Source: a virus
Lineage: Duplodnaviria > Caudoviricetes
Strand: one strand, 5' to 3'
Virus record (IMG/VR): IMGVR_UViG_3300002053_000026
Coordinates: 1-53,277 of that record
Length of the DNA: 53,277 nt
The notes under the pieces were generated by a model. It made no database searches, was not told where the DNA came from, and saw only the letters and a program-made list of their open reading frames with translations. The position numbers and the translations under genes were made by a program. Of this stretch, positions 9,830-19,977 are shown piece by piece (positions within the stretch are counted from its first letter, which is position 1; each line of letters opens with the position of its first letter).

Positions 9830-10744
9830 CTATTTTTTACACTCACCAATATATTTATTTTTAACATATTCACTACCAAACGTATTTAAATCACTCCATA
9901 TTCGTGAACAAATATCATCGCGATTAAACCCACACATTTTACATGTCCAATGGCGATTACGACATATCAAAGTATCCCCTTTTATTGTAGTAAAAAAACG
10001 ATATAAAGCAGCAATAGTCATAGACAAATTATCATAAGATAAAGCTATTGTAATCGGCCCTCCATTGTTAGCGTAATAAAAAGTAACAAATATATTTTTA
10101 TATTGAGGATAAAGAAAATAAGACGCCAAATGATATAATCTTGATTGTACGTTTTGTGTCAATGATTGTTCATCAACCGGCTGCTGAGTATAAAAATCTT
10201 TTCTATTACCAGTTTTCCAATCAATAATTTCTATTGTTTCAGCATCGATTTCGTGCACAAGATCAATGAAACCACGTACTGTAAACTGATGAGATTTACC
10301 ATTTTCATCGAAACATTTCCATTCATTTCCTGGTATCTCCATGGTAAACCATTTTTCCACATCTATTACATTAATATTATAAGGATTATAAAATTCATCA
10401 GAGAATATAGTTTCTAATGCTACACGACATTTTTTAAAATCTGCTGCTTCCTTAAAATTTCCAGTTTCTTTATCTATTAGTGTGGTTGTTTTGCGCATTT
10501 CTATCTCTGTATGTTTTGCGACTAATGTATCCCACGCACGATTTAATAACCACGATGGATCGATAGTAGTTTTACCTCGTTTCCGCAGTTTTGCCATCCA
10601 TCCTAAAGCTTGATGAACTATGCTACCTTGCAAAGCTGCTTTTCCCGCCTTTAATTCTAAACCAAGAATATAATGTAGAAAATAACAAAACGGACAATTA
10701 TAATATGTATTAATAGCACTTGCGCTACATTTAACTACCTTCAT
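9830..10744 (-). CDS. PD-(D/E)XK nuclease (RecB/Cas4-like)
   Basis: SASAINTY..CP, GSIVH, RGFIDL, IIDWKTG, Q..LY and a C-terminal CxxC..C. Confidence 0.85.
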   Translation of the reverse strand: MKVVKCSASAINTYYNCPFCYFLHYILGLELKAGKAALQGSIVHQALGWMAKLRKRGKTTIDPSWLLNRAWDTLVAKHTEIEMRKTTTLIDKETGNFKEAADFKKCRVALETIFSDEFYNPYNINVIDVEKWFTMEIPGNEWKCFDENGKSHQFTVRGFIDLVHEIDAETIEIIDWKTGNRKDFYTQQPVDEQSLTQNVQSRLYHLASYFLYPQYKNIFVTFYYANNGGPITIALSYDNLSMTIAALYRFFTTIKGDTLICRNRHWTCKMCGFNRDDICSRIWSDLNTFGSEYVKNKYIGECKK

Positions 10745-10755
10745 TGTATTAGCTC

Positions 10756-11424
10756 CTAGAAGCTTATTTTCTCATCGCATATCAATTGTTTTTGATGACT
10801 TTTCTGTTCCTCAAGTCTAGGAGTAATATCATCCAAATCAGTTCTGCCAATAATACTAAAATGAAGAATACAGGCTGCGTTAAAAAATACTGCGCTTAAG
10901 TGATCTTCGTCATCCTGATCCTGCGTGACAGCAAAAATATGTCGCATAAGACTGGCGTAAAATACGCTAAACGGCATTCCTTTTGACCAGTTCCATGGAT
11001 CATACTTCTTAGCCCCATTACCATAATGATTAGCGATTCTTAAATAAGTTTTTTGAGAAATTAATTGAATTCTTGGATAAATAGAGTCATCGGTAACAAG
11101 TATGTTATCATCTTCTTGTAAGTTTATACATTTAAGTATTATCCAAATAATCTCAAGTAATAGTTGATCATTCGGTCGGTGTCCCCACAAGAAACCAAGA
11201 GACCATAATCTTGCTTTTGTTTGACCATCAATAGCTTTATATCTTGGTTCTGAATAATTGACTTGTTCATGTGAATCAAGTATTTTGAACAGTACTGTTG
11301 TGGGAATTAAATCGAATCTGGGCTTATTGTAATCAATATCTCTTTTAGCTCCAGTATTAAAATCTCTTCGTTTACCAGAATCTTTGATCTCAAATTGATT
11401 CACCATTTTCTTTATTGGCTCCAT
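10756..11424 (-). CDS. dATP/dGTP diphosphohydrolase domain protein (DUF5664-like)
   Basis: F.TGAKRD...KPRFDLIP, GAKKY..WNW.KG, SLMRH and EDHL.A..FNA motifs. Confidence 0.8.
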   Translation of the reverse strand: MEPIKKMVNQFEIKDSGKRRDFNTGAKRDIDYNKPRFDLIPTTVLFKILDSHEQVNYSEPRYKAIDGQTKARLWSLGFLWGHRPNDQLLLEIIWIILKCINLQEDDNILVTDDSIYPRIQLISQKTYLRIANHYGNGAKKYDPWNWSKGMPFSVFYASLMRHIFAVTQDQDDEDHLSAVFFNAACILHFSIIGRTDLDDITPRLEEQKSHQKQLICDEKISF

Positions 11425-12562
11425 ATTCGTCAGACAACATTTTTTCTCTTGACACCTTTTTTAATATAGGATATATTTTGTTGGCTAAATCTTCGCCCAA
11501 CATCTCACCAACATCATTGGTTGCGTCTGGCGTAATACAAAAAATTCTGAAATATTGTATTAAATTGCGTTCTAGTTTTTCCATAGTTCTTTTGCCAGCC
11601 TCATCATTATCAAACGTACAAATTATTGTTAATGCCCCAGCATTCTGAAGCATAAGCCTCTGATGTCTGGACATATTTAATCCCAATAAGGCTATACTGT
11701 TGCGTATACCGATCATTTCATATGCCCATACATCCCCTGGTCCTTCACATAAAATTACTGTACCTGTTTTTCTGATAAACGGTTTAGCATACCAAATATT
11801 GTATAGGCATAGTTCACTATGAAAATTGCGTGAATGCTTCCATTTGGTGTAGATGCTTTTATATTTTGGTTCTGGACATTGTATTCTTTGTGGATGATGA
11901 TGCATTCCACATTTATTACATTTTTCATAAATACTACGACCAGACCAACCAACAACGTATTTTCCTGTTTCGTCTAGAATAGGAAAAAATGCTCTTTGAT
12001 ACATTGGTTTGCCCTTAGTATTACAGAATGATATATGATATCGATTAATGATCTCTTGTACAATACCTCGTTTTGGATAATAAATCTGGTCTGATTTCAA
12101 GTATGGAATAAATGTTGCAAGTGGTGTTCTATTTTTCTGTGTCGTAAATTGTTTCTTTCGATGTTGTTTTATTATTTTAGCTATTTCCATATCCTGAATT
12201 GTAGTTTCGTCAATATCATATTGTTTAAAGCCCAATATCTTGGCTATAAAATTAACAGTTTGTTGAAAATTCCATTTTCGCTTTGTCCTATGACTCATAG
12301 TACCACGAACTAATCCAAAAATACTATTGGATGGACCTGTAATAGGATTGCAATGACATCCTCTTGTTTTGCATTGCCAGTGATTGGAACGGATTGCCCA
12401 GAACATTGCTCTTGTATTATCTCCACCATGGACTGAACAAGCAGACTGTAAATAATCGCATCGCTCAGTGTATTCAATATTTAACGCATCAAAAATTTCT
12501 GCAACACGTTCACATGCACGATTTTGAATAAATGAAATTTCCTGTGCGCTAAATTGTTTCAT
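11390..12562 (-). CDS. dnaG: DNA primase (Zn-binding plus TOPRIM)
   Basis: C..H.GDN zinc region, CEGPGD and FDNDEAG TOPRIM motifs; adjacent to the helicase. Confidence 0.85.
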   Translation of the reverse strand: MKQFSAQEISFIQNRACERVAEIFDALNIEYTERCDYLQSACSVHGGDNTRAMFWAIRSNHWQCKTRGCHCNPITGPSNSIFGLVRGTMSHRTKRKWNFQQTVNFIAKILGFKQYDIDETTIQDMEIAKIIKQHRKKQFTTQKNRTPLATFIPYLKSDQIYYPKRGIVQEIINRYHISFCNTKGKPMYQRAFFPILDETGKYVVGWSGRSIYEKCNKCGMHHHPQRIQCPEPKYKSIYTKWKHSRNFHSELCLYNIWYAKPFIRKTGTVILCEGPGDVWAYEMIGIRNSIALLGLNMSRHQRLMLQNAGALTIICTFDNDEAGKRTMEKLERNLIQYFRIFCITPDATNDVGEMLGEDLANKIYPILKKVSREKMLSDEYGANKENGESI

Positions 12563-13988
12563 GACTACAATTCTCAAAAATAGATTGAGCAATGACCGAA
12601 AATGGTTTTCCTTCTGATAATTTCGCTATTCGCAAATTATCAATTATATTAATATATTCACCATTTTCCATGCCTGGACCAAAACGTGTGTCAGTTACTA
12701 CCAATTTTTTAGTACCGTTAGATGGTGGATCTTCGTTAAGTTCAGTTTGTATTTTCTTTTTCAAAATTGTAAAATTTGAACAGAGCCATCCAATTCTATC
12801 TGATCCAGATATTACATCAGCACCTTCTTTTTCTATACCGTCACGATTTAATTGAACAGTGGCTAAGATTGGTAACTTAAATTTAACAGCAAAATTATGT
12901 AACGTTGTCGTTAAAAATCCCAATAGTTGATATTCTTGTAAATTTTTCTTAAATCCACTGTCGTCCATTAATTTGATATAATCATAAATTATTAAACACG
13001 GTTTAGCCGTACCACTATCAGTGAACCCAACCCTTTTAGATAGCCATCGTCTAGCTATTGACATAATTGCATGTGGTGCTAAGCCCGCTATGGAAAAATG
13101 ATCAATCAGCAATTTTTCAACATGCTTTTGACAACTCCAAATTGCTTCTGATTCATGTGAATTATGAATAAATTTGCCAGTTTCTATATGTTCCAATTCT
13201 ACACCAGACACCAAGGAAGTGAGGCGATGTAATTGTAAATCATTTGTAAGTTCGGTATCTAAATATAATACTGGAATATTATTTTCAGCCATGTTGCGGG
13301 CAATGTTCAAACAAAGAAAGCTCTTTCCAACTTTTTGTCTAGCGCCAACCACATTAACTGTAGCTGGTCTGAAACCACCACCAATGGCTATATCCCATGA
13401 CGGAAATCCGGTCGGCAGGCCAACGATATCTTTTGGTGTAGATGCAACTGCTGTCATTGCTGTTTTGAATTTTTGTCCTAGAGATATTATATTGGCATCA
13501 TGCGCCATTATTCGACCAGTAAATTCAAAAATGGGTTCTTCTATTTGGCTTATGATAGAATCAACATCTTCTGCTCCAGTAATATTTGTAAGATTCTTTT
13601 GTACAGCTTTAGCAGCAAACCATCCTTTGCGAGCCAAAGATAATTTATACACAGTGCTTACCAATAGGCGCACATTATCTTTAGATAATCCTACTTCATC
13701 AATAATAGATGTTAAGTATTCAGAATATTTGCCACCGTTAGCAAAATTGGTATGCCCAAGAACTTTAGCAGCAGTTTGTATACTTGGGATATCGAATGTT
13801 TTAGCATCATTATTGTGAACCAGATGAGATAGTATGCTAAACATTTCCTGATTGCATTGCCAGTAAAAATCGGTTGTGTTTAATATATCTTCTACTTCGA
13901 AAAAGCAATCAACACCATGGCTGGTAATACCAGCCAAAATGGCTCGTTCTATACCCGAATCTTGTAATATGGCATTTGGTTTGTTCAC
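12549..13988 (-). CDS. dnaB: Replicative DNA helicase
   Basis: GLPTGF..WD, GARQKVGKS Walker A, IYDYIKL, QLNR and TRFG. Confidence 0.92.
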   Translation of the reverse strand: MNKPNAILQDSGIERAILAGITSHGVDCFFEVEDILNTTDFYWQCNQEMFSILSHLVHNNDAKTFDIPSIQTAAKVLGHTNFANGGKYSEYLTSIIDEVGLSKDNVRLLVSTVYKLSLARKGWFAAKAVQKNLTNITGAEDVDSIISQIEEPIFEFTGRIMAHDANIISLGQKFKTAMTAVASTPKDIVGLPTGFPSWDIAIGGGFRPATVNVVGARQKVGKSFLCLNIARNMAENNIPVLYLDTELTNDLQLHRLTSLVSGVELEHIETGKFIHNSHESEAIWSCQKHVEKLLIDHFSIAGLAPHAIMSIARRWLSKRVGFTDSGTAKPCLIIYDYIKLMDDSGFKKNLQEYQLLGFLTTTLHNFAVKFKLPILATVQLNRDGIEKEGADVISGSDRIGWLCSNFTILKKKIQTELNEDPPSNGTKKLVVTDTRFGPGMENGEYINIIDNLRIAKLSEGKPFSVIAQSIFENCSHETI

Positions 13989-14536
13989 CGAACGAATCTA
14001 TCCTTTTTATCATTCAGACATTTACGACACTTTTGACCCATTTTACCATTAGGACGTTCTGATTCAAATTTTTCTCCACATTCATTGCACTCAACTTTGT
14101 ATGTTCTTATTGGAGGCCTATTGAGTTTAGTTTTGTTTTCTTGAGCCTTGGCCGCTTTGACTTTGTTTGATCTTATCTCGTCTGGATTCGGGTCATTAGT
14201 AATTAATCTTATTCCGCCTACTTCTTTTTGTATCGATGTCCTATCGTTATCGTCCAGTTGTAGTGAAGTATCTTCCCATTCTGTTGTAGTGGATGACTTC
14301 TTTTTATTATTTCTTTTATGACAACCACTCTTTTTCTTTATTGGTCTTGATTTTACTTTATAATCTTGCGGCAAAATATTGTGTATTATAATAGCTATTT
14401 CACGCAAAGCTTCATGTGTTTTGGTAATTGTCATTGGTAAGGGCAAAACTTTATTGGTTAATTGTTTATAGCCCTCACAAACAAATTTCCAATTACCGTC
14501 AACTATGCCTTGTTCTATATATTCTAGTGGGCTCAT
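13985..14536 (-). CDS. Hypothetical protein with a C-terminal Zn ribbon
   Basis: CNEC...CRKC; ORF coupled to its neighbours. Confidence 0.6.
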   Translation of the reverse strand: MSPLEYIEQGIVDGNWKFVCEGYKQLTNKVLPLPMTITKTHEALREIAIIIHNILPQDYKVKSRPIKKKSGCHKRNNKKKSSTTTEWEDTSLQLDDNDRTSIQKEVGGIRLITNDPNPDEIRSNKVKAAKAQENKTKLNRPPIRTYKVECNECGEKFESERPNGKMGQKCRKCLNDKKDRFVR

Positions 14537-14539
14537 TGA

Positions 14540-14953
14540 TTATTTCCTTTCGTTATATCTAGCCCTAATTAAATTATTAATACTTTGTCCTATCAATTCT
14601 ATTCGGCGAGCTAAATATTGTATACGTTCTAATCTTAATTCTGCTTCTCTTGTCCATTGAACTAGTTTTGGTCTATCATCACCAGCGAGGCGACCAACAA
14701 TTTGTTTTGACCATTTCAAAAATGTTTGACATTCATTGGCTTTTTGTTGTAGGAAAAATGAATATTTAGTCAACACGATAGTATCTTCGGCTAATTGTAC
14801 AGATGATCGTTGTCTTAATTTTTCTAATGTTAAACTAATAATTACTTCAATTTCTGAATTTGGCGGTTGATACTGTGGCAAGCCTAGAGTCTGCATCCAC
14901 TGTTTTAGTTGTGATTTATAAGTTATTATCTCCTGTTTTAAATCACTCATCAT
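14540..14953 (-). CDS. Hypothetical helical protein (possibly a recombination mediator)
   Basis: 137-aa coiled-coil-like ORF between recA and dnaB; function is a guess from context. Confidence 0.55.
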   Translation of the reverse strand: MMSDLKQEIITYKSQLKQWMQTLGLPQYQPPNSEIEVIISLTLEKLRQRSSVQLAEDTIVLTKYSFFLQQKANECQTFLKWSKQIVGRLAGDDRPKLVQWTREAELRLERIQYLARRIELIGQSINNLIRARYNERK

Positions 14954-15314
14954 ATATTTCGATCAATCGGAAGTCATTTAACTTACACCAATCTCGCTTT
15001 ATTTGATCTATTTTTTGCTGCTTATGAAATTCTTTTTTGGTTTTATGAAAATACCGTATATGTTCATTATGTTGACGGCCATGGCACTCTATAACCAAAT
15101 TTAACGATGGAATAAAAAAATCCAAAATAAAACCATCATTAGGTATTATTATTTCTGTAAAAACAGTATAATGAGGATATTGATGAAGCAATTGTTGCCC
15201 TATATTATGTTGAAATTTTGATTTAGATTTTATTTCGATATTAAATATCTTATTTTTTAACCTTAGTCGTGCGATTCCACCATTGAGTAATTTCACTTCC
15301 ATATTATACTTCAA
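14943..15314 (-). CDS. Vsr/DUF559-like endonuclease
   Basis: LDFFIP...VIECHGRQH and D..K..WC..N...LIEI. Confidence 0.75.
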   Translation of the reverse strand: MKYNMEVKLLNGGIARLRLKNKIFNIEIKSKSKFQHNIGQQLLHQYPHYTVFTEIIIPNDGFILDFFIPSLNLVIECHGRQHNEHIRYFHKTKKEFHKQQKIDQIKRDWCKLNDFRLIEIYDE

Positions 15315-15858
15315 TATCCATATTATTCAATCTAGTCATAATACCAATAGTCCCATCAAATAACGCACATTTAATGCCAGCTTCACATGTCATTTTCAGT
15401 CCATGTCTAATTGACTCTGTCCATACTGTGTGTGTTGACGCAATAGCCATAAGTTGGGCATGACCAACAATTTTATTAATACCAGCTTGAATAATAGCTT
15501 TTGCGCATTCAGAACAAGTCAAAAAGGGACAATACAGAACGGAATTATTAGTACTTTTTCCAAGTCGTGCGGCGTTAAGTATGGTTTCGTTTTCTGCATG
15601 TATTATTGTGGCATACTTTATGAACTTATTATTAAGACGCGGTTGTGTTTCTGCTATACCGTTCGGAAATTTATTTGTCCCATATACAATAATCTTATTG
15701 TCAGACCCAACCAATACGGCACCATTTTTTGTACTTGGATCTGGACTGGTAGAATTTCCGTATCCATACGCCAGTTTAAGAAAATGTTTATCATTACTAC
15801 AATGGGTTACCACAAATGGTATGGACAACCAACTTAATTGTTCTAATATATTAGTCAT
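15304..15858 (-). CDS. dCMP deaminase
   Basis: SPDPSTKNGAVLV, HAE.E.I and PF.TCSECAKAIIQAGI. Confidence 0.88.
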   Translation of the reverse strand: MTNILEQLSWLSIPFVVTHCSNDKHFLKLAYGYGNSTSPDPSTKNGAVLVGSDNKIIVYGTNKFPNGIAETQPRLNNKFIKYATIIHAENETILNAARLGKSTNNSVLYCPFLTCSECAKAIIQAGINKIVGHAQLMAIASTHTVWTESIRHGLKMTCEAGIKCALFDGTIGIMTRLNNMDIEV

Positions 15859-15862
15859 TGTC

Positions 15863-16909
15863 TTACTCCAGTATTTTGGGAAATATGATATCTCTGATCC
15901 TATTTTCAAGTTTATTTAGATTATCTGGATTAGCTTTTAAAGCATTGTATAATCTAGTTAGTCCTTGAAACTTTTCAACGCCATCGTCAGGGTGTTCAAA
16001 CATCGGAATTGAATACCATGCACCAGCCTTTTCAATTAGTCCCAAATTTTCTGCTGTAGTTATGATGTCCCTTATAATATCAATTCCAACACCATATCTC
16101 AACGGCAAGATACATGGCAAAAATGGTCTTCCCATTGCCGATGATTGTATGGTAATATGTATATCGTGACCATCTGGGGCGTTAGTTTCTAGATTACGTT
16201 CCCATTGTTGAATCCAATTAATTTTCAACCAAATAGAACATGCATATTGAATAGCTACTCCACCTTTTTCTATGTATTTAGGACCACGAGGTTCTCGATT
16301 GCTCATTAATTGAGATATAAAAATTAATATTACATTTTGGGTATCTATTATTTGTTGAGCCCGTCGAAAAAATGCCGACAATAATTTTGCTGGGCCTGCC
16401 ATATCTTTGTTAGACCCTATTTGGTCTTCTTGTTCTGTCATAGTTGAGAGCGCCGCAATACTATCAACAACAATCACAGCTTTCTTTTGTGTTTTGACAA
16501 TATGTTCAATTATATTCAAATAATCTTCTGCTGTTAATGGTTTATCCATTTGATGGGGAATCACCTTAAGTTTTGTTGTATCGAGCCCCTTTATGGTTGC
16601 TAATAATGATGGCGTACATCTTCTTTCAATGTTAATATAGAAAGTTGGACGACCAACCATTTGGGCACTACGAATTAAATCTAGACACAGTGTAGTTTTG
16701 CCGCTTTTCGCTTTACCAGTAATCAAGCATATGGTTCCGTCTGGAATACCCCCACTTAGAGCTATATCAAGCGATAATGGAGTATGTAAAATATCCTTTT
16801 TGGTTGGTGCTAAAGCGTCGGCAGCGGTAGCTATTATACCATCGCCGTGCATTCTAATAAGGAACGCATCTAATGACTCTTTATCGATATTTAATCTTTT
16901 CTTAGCCAT
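15863..16909 (-). CDS. recA: RecA/UvsX recombinase
   Basis: LDIALSGGIP.G, GKAKSGKTT, VVDSIAAL, FISQL and GAWY. Confidence 0.92.
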   Translation of the reverse strand: MAKKRLNIDKESLDAFLIRMHGDGIIATAADALAPTKKDILHTPLSLDIALSGGIPDGTICLITGKAKSGKTTLCLDLIRSAQMVGRPTFYINIERRCTPSLLATIKGLDTTKLKVIPHQMDKPLTAEDYLNIIEHIVKTQKKAVIVVDSIAALSTMTEQEDQIGSNKDMAGPAKLLSAFFRRAQQIIDTQNVILIFISQLMSNREPRGPKYIEKGGVAIQYACSIWLKINWIQQWERNLETNAPDGHDIHITIQSSAMGRPFLPCILPLRYGVGIDIIRDIITTAENLGLIEKAGAWYSIPMFEHPDDGVEKFQGLTRLYNALKANPDNLNKLENRIRDIIFPKILE

Positions 16910-17372
16910 TCTCTATTTTTCTTATTTTTGCAGGAGTATTTTTTTCGCCAATATCAATAATGGTAGAATTTTTCTTTATATCAAATATCGCCGGTGGCTG
17001 ATCGTTTGCCAATAGCATTCGTTGTTTCTTTAATAACTCAATACGATGATAAGTAAGTCTTATCACTCGCTCATTGGTTTTCTTGGCTATCAATGCTTTT
17101 ATACGATATTCCTTAATAATTTGTATTAAAGCTGTTTGTGTTAAAGCATTGGTTAGATCCAATTGTCTGCTGAGGTTTGATACGCCTTTTACTTCACGTT
17201 TATATTTTGGAGCCCAATAATTTTGATCCGACCAAAATCGTGGACCAATTCTTGGATTAACATTTAAACATATTAATTCAATAATATAATCACGAATAGA
17301 TACATATAGTCCTGGAGTTGTTGGGGACTGATATGGACGTTTCTCACTTTTAGGATAATTTTTTTGTATCAT
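16902..17372 (-). CDS. Hypothetical protein
   Basis: ORF overlapping its neighbours in the minus-strand operon. Confidence 0.6.
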   Translation of the reverse strand: MIQKNYPKSEKRPYQSPTTPGLYVSIRDYIIELICLNVNPRIGPRFWSDQNYWAPKYKREVKGVSNLSRQLDLTNALTQTALIQIIKEYRIKALIAKKTNERVIRLTYHRIELLKKQRMLLANDQPPAIFDIKKNSTIIDIGEKNTPAKIRKIENG

Positions 17373-17823
17373 TTAAATTTTCTATTAAAAAGAATCCAGC
17401 CCTTTTTGCTGTTCTTTCTTCTGTAAATGCATGATCAAAACGCGGTTGTTTATACCAACATATATTTACTTTTTGCCCATCATAATATCCAATCCCAGTA
17501 TAATTATACTGAGGACCTTGCCATACCGCGTGCTGTTTTTGTCCCCAAAAATAACCCTTTTGATTTGATGGCATCGTAAAATTAATGTTCGTTGGTCCTT
17601 GCAATCTAATGCCCGTAATAGATATTTGTGGATTTGATTTAATCCACTTCGATAATCTTATCCAAGCATGTTGCTGTTTAGGTCTATCGTCTTGAATAAC
17701 AGTACGACCATCAGATAAAGACGCCAAAAATCGTATCTTAGGAGTTTCATTTGTAATGTTAAATGCCAATGTGTGATCATTTATTGTTTCATTCATCGTT
17801 TGGTCTCTTTGTTTTGGCTCCAA
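17350..17823 (-). CDS. Hypothetical protein
   Basis: ORF in operon; true start may be MNETIND near 17796. Confidence 0.6.
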   Translation of the reverse strand: MEPKQRDQTMNETINDHTLAFNITNETPKIRFLASLSDGRTVIQDDRPKQQHAWIRLSKWIKSNPQISITGIRLQGPTNINFTMPSNQKGYFWGQKQHAVWQGPQYNYTGIGYYDGQKVNICWYKQPRFDHAFTEERTAKRAGFFLIENLNDTKKLS

Positions 17824-18127
17824 ATGGAGAACGATTTAACTGCTCATCTGCTCGCATGGACTCACTAGGGGTCATAGCGTGAACACCCTTTCCAATATCT
17901 AAAGCTTTATTACTATTAGTCGGCTTAATACATATTATTCTATCATTAATAGGGCCGGTTTTCGCATCTTGCACACCCTCTGAAGGAACATTGTTTTCAA
18001 AAGATTCAAATTTCTCTTTGACGGTTTCGAGAAATTTATCTCGTGTTTTAGAATGTAGGCGACCCAAATTAACATTTGATGCTTGAAGAAAGCTTAAAAG
18101 GTCTTTTTTAAATTTACCGAAAGTCAT
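17789..18127 (-). CDS. Hypothetical protein
   Basis: ORF in operon. Confidence 0.55.
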   Translation of the reverse strand: MTFGKFKKDLLSFLQASNVNLGRLHSKTRDKFLETVKEKFESFENNVPSEGVQDAKTGPINDRIICIKPTNSNKALDIGKGVHAMTPSESMRADEQLNRSPFGAKTKRPNDE

Positions 18128-18434
18128 TGTACAATCTCCGTTGCGCTAAAAGGTATGAGGCTTTATTCTTATTTCTAAGAAAAGTCGTGTATTGTAAGTA
18201 ACATTCTTGACTACATGTTCGTAGTTTCCAAAATAAACCACCACGTTCTTTGTCCCGCTTATTGATGTTGTTATTAGGATCTAGTGGATTAAATAAATCA
18301 TTTTCATTAGAAGCAAGAACCAAATATCTATTGCCAGACCACCTTGCCAAAACATTAAAATCGGGTTGTGATTCTTGGTCAATTTCGTGTTGTGTCCCAT
18401 TAATGTCTGCGACGATTACTTTCATTTTTGCCAC
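18114..18434 (-). CDS. Hypothetical protein
   Basis: ORF in operon. Confidence 0.55.
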   Translation of the reverse strand: MAKMKVIVADINGTQHEIDQESQPDFNVLARWSGNRYLVLASNENDLFNPLDPNNNINKRDKERGGLFWKLRTCSQECYLQYTTFLRNKNKASYLLAQRRLYNDFR

Positions 18435-18685
18435 GCCTTAAACAAAATATCCACTTCTGGTGCATCGGTGTCATTATGTGTAATATCAAAAGCAATATCA
18501 TCGCTTGGAGATCCTGGATAAAATTGGCCAATCACCCTTTCTATTTGCGAAAAACCACCACACCATTGACATTTGACAGCAATTTTTGTTGGTGTATTTC
18601 CAAGTAATAATTTATTATCGATGGATTTTAAATAAAGATGTAATAATTGCCTACCACATTTAAGACATTTTAATGTAGTATTCAT
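18422..18685 (-). CDS. Small Zn-ribbon protein
   Basis: CLKC...CQWC; start taken at MNTTLK, coupled to the upstream stop. Confidence 0.55.
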   Translation of the reverse strand: MNTTLKCLKCGRQLLHLYLKSIDNKLLLGNTPTKIAVKCQWCGGFSQIERVIGQFYPGSPSDDIAFDITHNDTDAPEVDILFKAWQK

Positions 18686-18999
18686 TAATCTATTTCTCCA
18701 GTACGAATATATTTCTGAGTATTCTTTAATATTTTTTTGTTTACCGGACCATCTCTCCAAAATGGTTTATTAACTTTATGTTTGCCAAATTCATTCTTAT
18801 TTTTTAATATATTGTTACATCTATTGCCTCTACATGGCGTTGTGGTACCCTTGATAATTGGAGATAATCCTGCACCAACCAATTTTATTAGTTTTGGTTG
18901 ATTACACCTAGGACAATCAACCAAAGGTTGTGCTGACATTGCATGAAAACTTTCGAATTCATAACCACAAGATTGGCATTCATAATCAAAATGTGGCAA
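18685..18999 (-). CDS. FmdB-family zinc-ribbon protein
   Basis: MPHFDYECQSCG..FE.......CPRC signature. Confidence 0.85.
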   Translation of the reverse strand: MPHFDYECQSCGYEFESFHAMSAQPLVDCPRCNQPKLIKLVGAGLSPIIKGTTTPCRGNRCNNILKNKNEFGKHKVNKPFWRDGPVNKKILKNTQKYIRTGEID

Positions 19000-19446
19000 T
19001 TATTTTCTCCCGGAAAAGAATGAATGTCTAGATCGTTTTTTGATGGGTGTATTATTTTCATATTTCTTAGTTCTTTGATCAACTGTATGTAAATTTGAAT
19101 TATTCCTCTGAACACGATCTGATCGAATTATTTCTGTAGACCCATTGGTTTTTAGAAATTGCATCTTTTGTCCACGATAAGGCATTTTAGCATCAATTTT
19201 TTGTATTGAATCTTGGGGGATTTCAACAATATCTTCTAAAGGATCAATTTCATGAGCTAATTTATTTAAATGCTCCACATCTAAATCTTCAACCAAATTA
19301 TCATCAATTCCATCATCATCAACTGTAGAGCCAGTGCTTACAAATTGATCAATAAAACTTTTTGCAACATTGTCCCAATTTGTATCTTTATATTTGTCAC
19401 CATCTGATGTATAACCAAACAGACATTTCCATATTTTTTTAAACAT
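19000..19446 (-). CDS. Hypothetical protein (acidic centre, basic C-terminus)
   Basis: 148-aa ORF abutting the downstream gene. Confidence 0.55.
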   Translation of the reverse strand: MFKKIWKCLFGYTSDGDKYKDTNWDNVAKSFIDQFVSTGSTVDDDGIDDNLVEDLDVEHLNKLAHEIDPLEDIVEIPQDSIQKIDAKMPYRGQKMQFLKTNGSTEIIRSDRVQRNNSNLHTVDQRTKKYENNTPIKKRSRHSFFSGRK

Positions 19447-19610
19447 TACCCAATAATCCCAAGAGAGTTATCTATTCACAGCTACTCCGTTATACGTCCT
19501 AAGATGATTTTTGTTCCATAAAAGTTCCTTTTTTCCTAGCGAAATTGCAAAGATTTTGGCAATCTTGTCCTGTAAATCTTCCTTCAATTACTTCCTGTTT
19601 TAATTGATCT

Positions 19611-19883
19611 TTAATAGCTTGTATTGCTCCTGGTGATTGTCCATCGGTTTTCTCCATGTTTTCGAATTATTGACTCAAGAAAATTACGATTTGTTATATT
19701 AGATGTTTGGTTAAGAGGATCATCATCATTCCATGATCTATTTAATTCTGCTGTTTTTATTTCTACAATGTGAGCACCACAATTATGGTGACAGTCTCCT
19801 TGTAATTTATCTAGAGCTTGTTCGTCTAGGTTTCCAGTATCAACAACGAAGATTGTTACTTTGTGAAGTTTAACGTTATTCAC
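19611..19883 (-). CDS. Hypothetical protein
   Basis: ORF with a GGAG RBS-like sequence upstream. Confidence 0.55.
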   Translation of the reverse strand: MNNVKLHKVTIFVVDTGNLDEQALDKLQGDCHHNCGAHIVEIKTAELNRSWNDDDPLNQTSNITNRNFLESIIRKHGENRWTITRSNTSY

Positions 19884-19977
19884 TTATATTTCTCCACTAA
19901 TTGTCTCACTCATTAGATAATCTGCCGTATTTGTGTCCGGTGATATCAAGAAATTTAGACATTCACGATTTCCTAAA

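Noticed and set aside
11755-11955. Nested minus-strand ORFs (also 18888..19115, 29376..29588 and 41170..41361)
   Set aside because: They are alternative frames inside better-supported genes.
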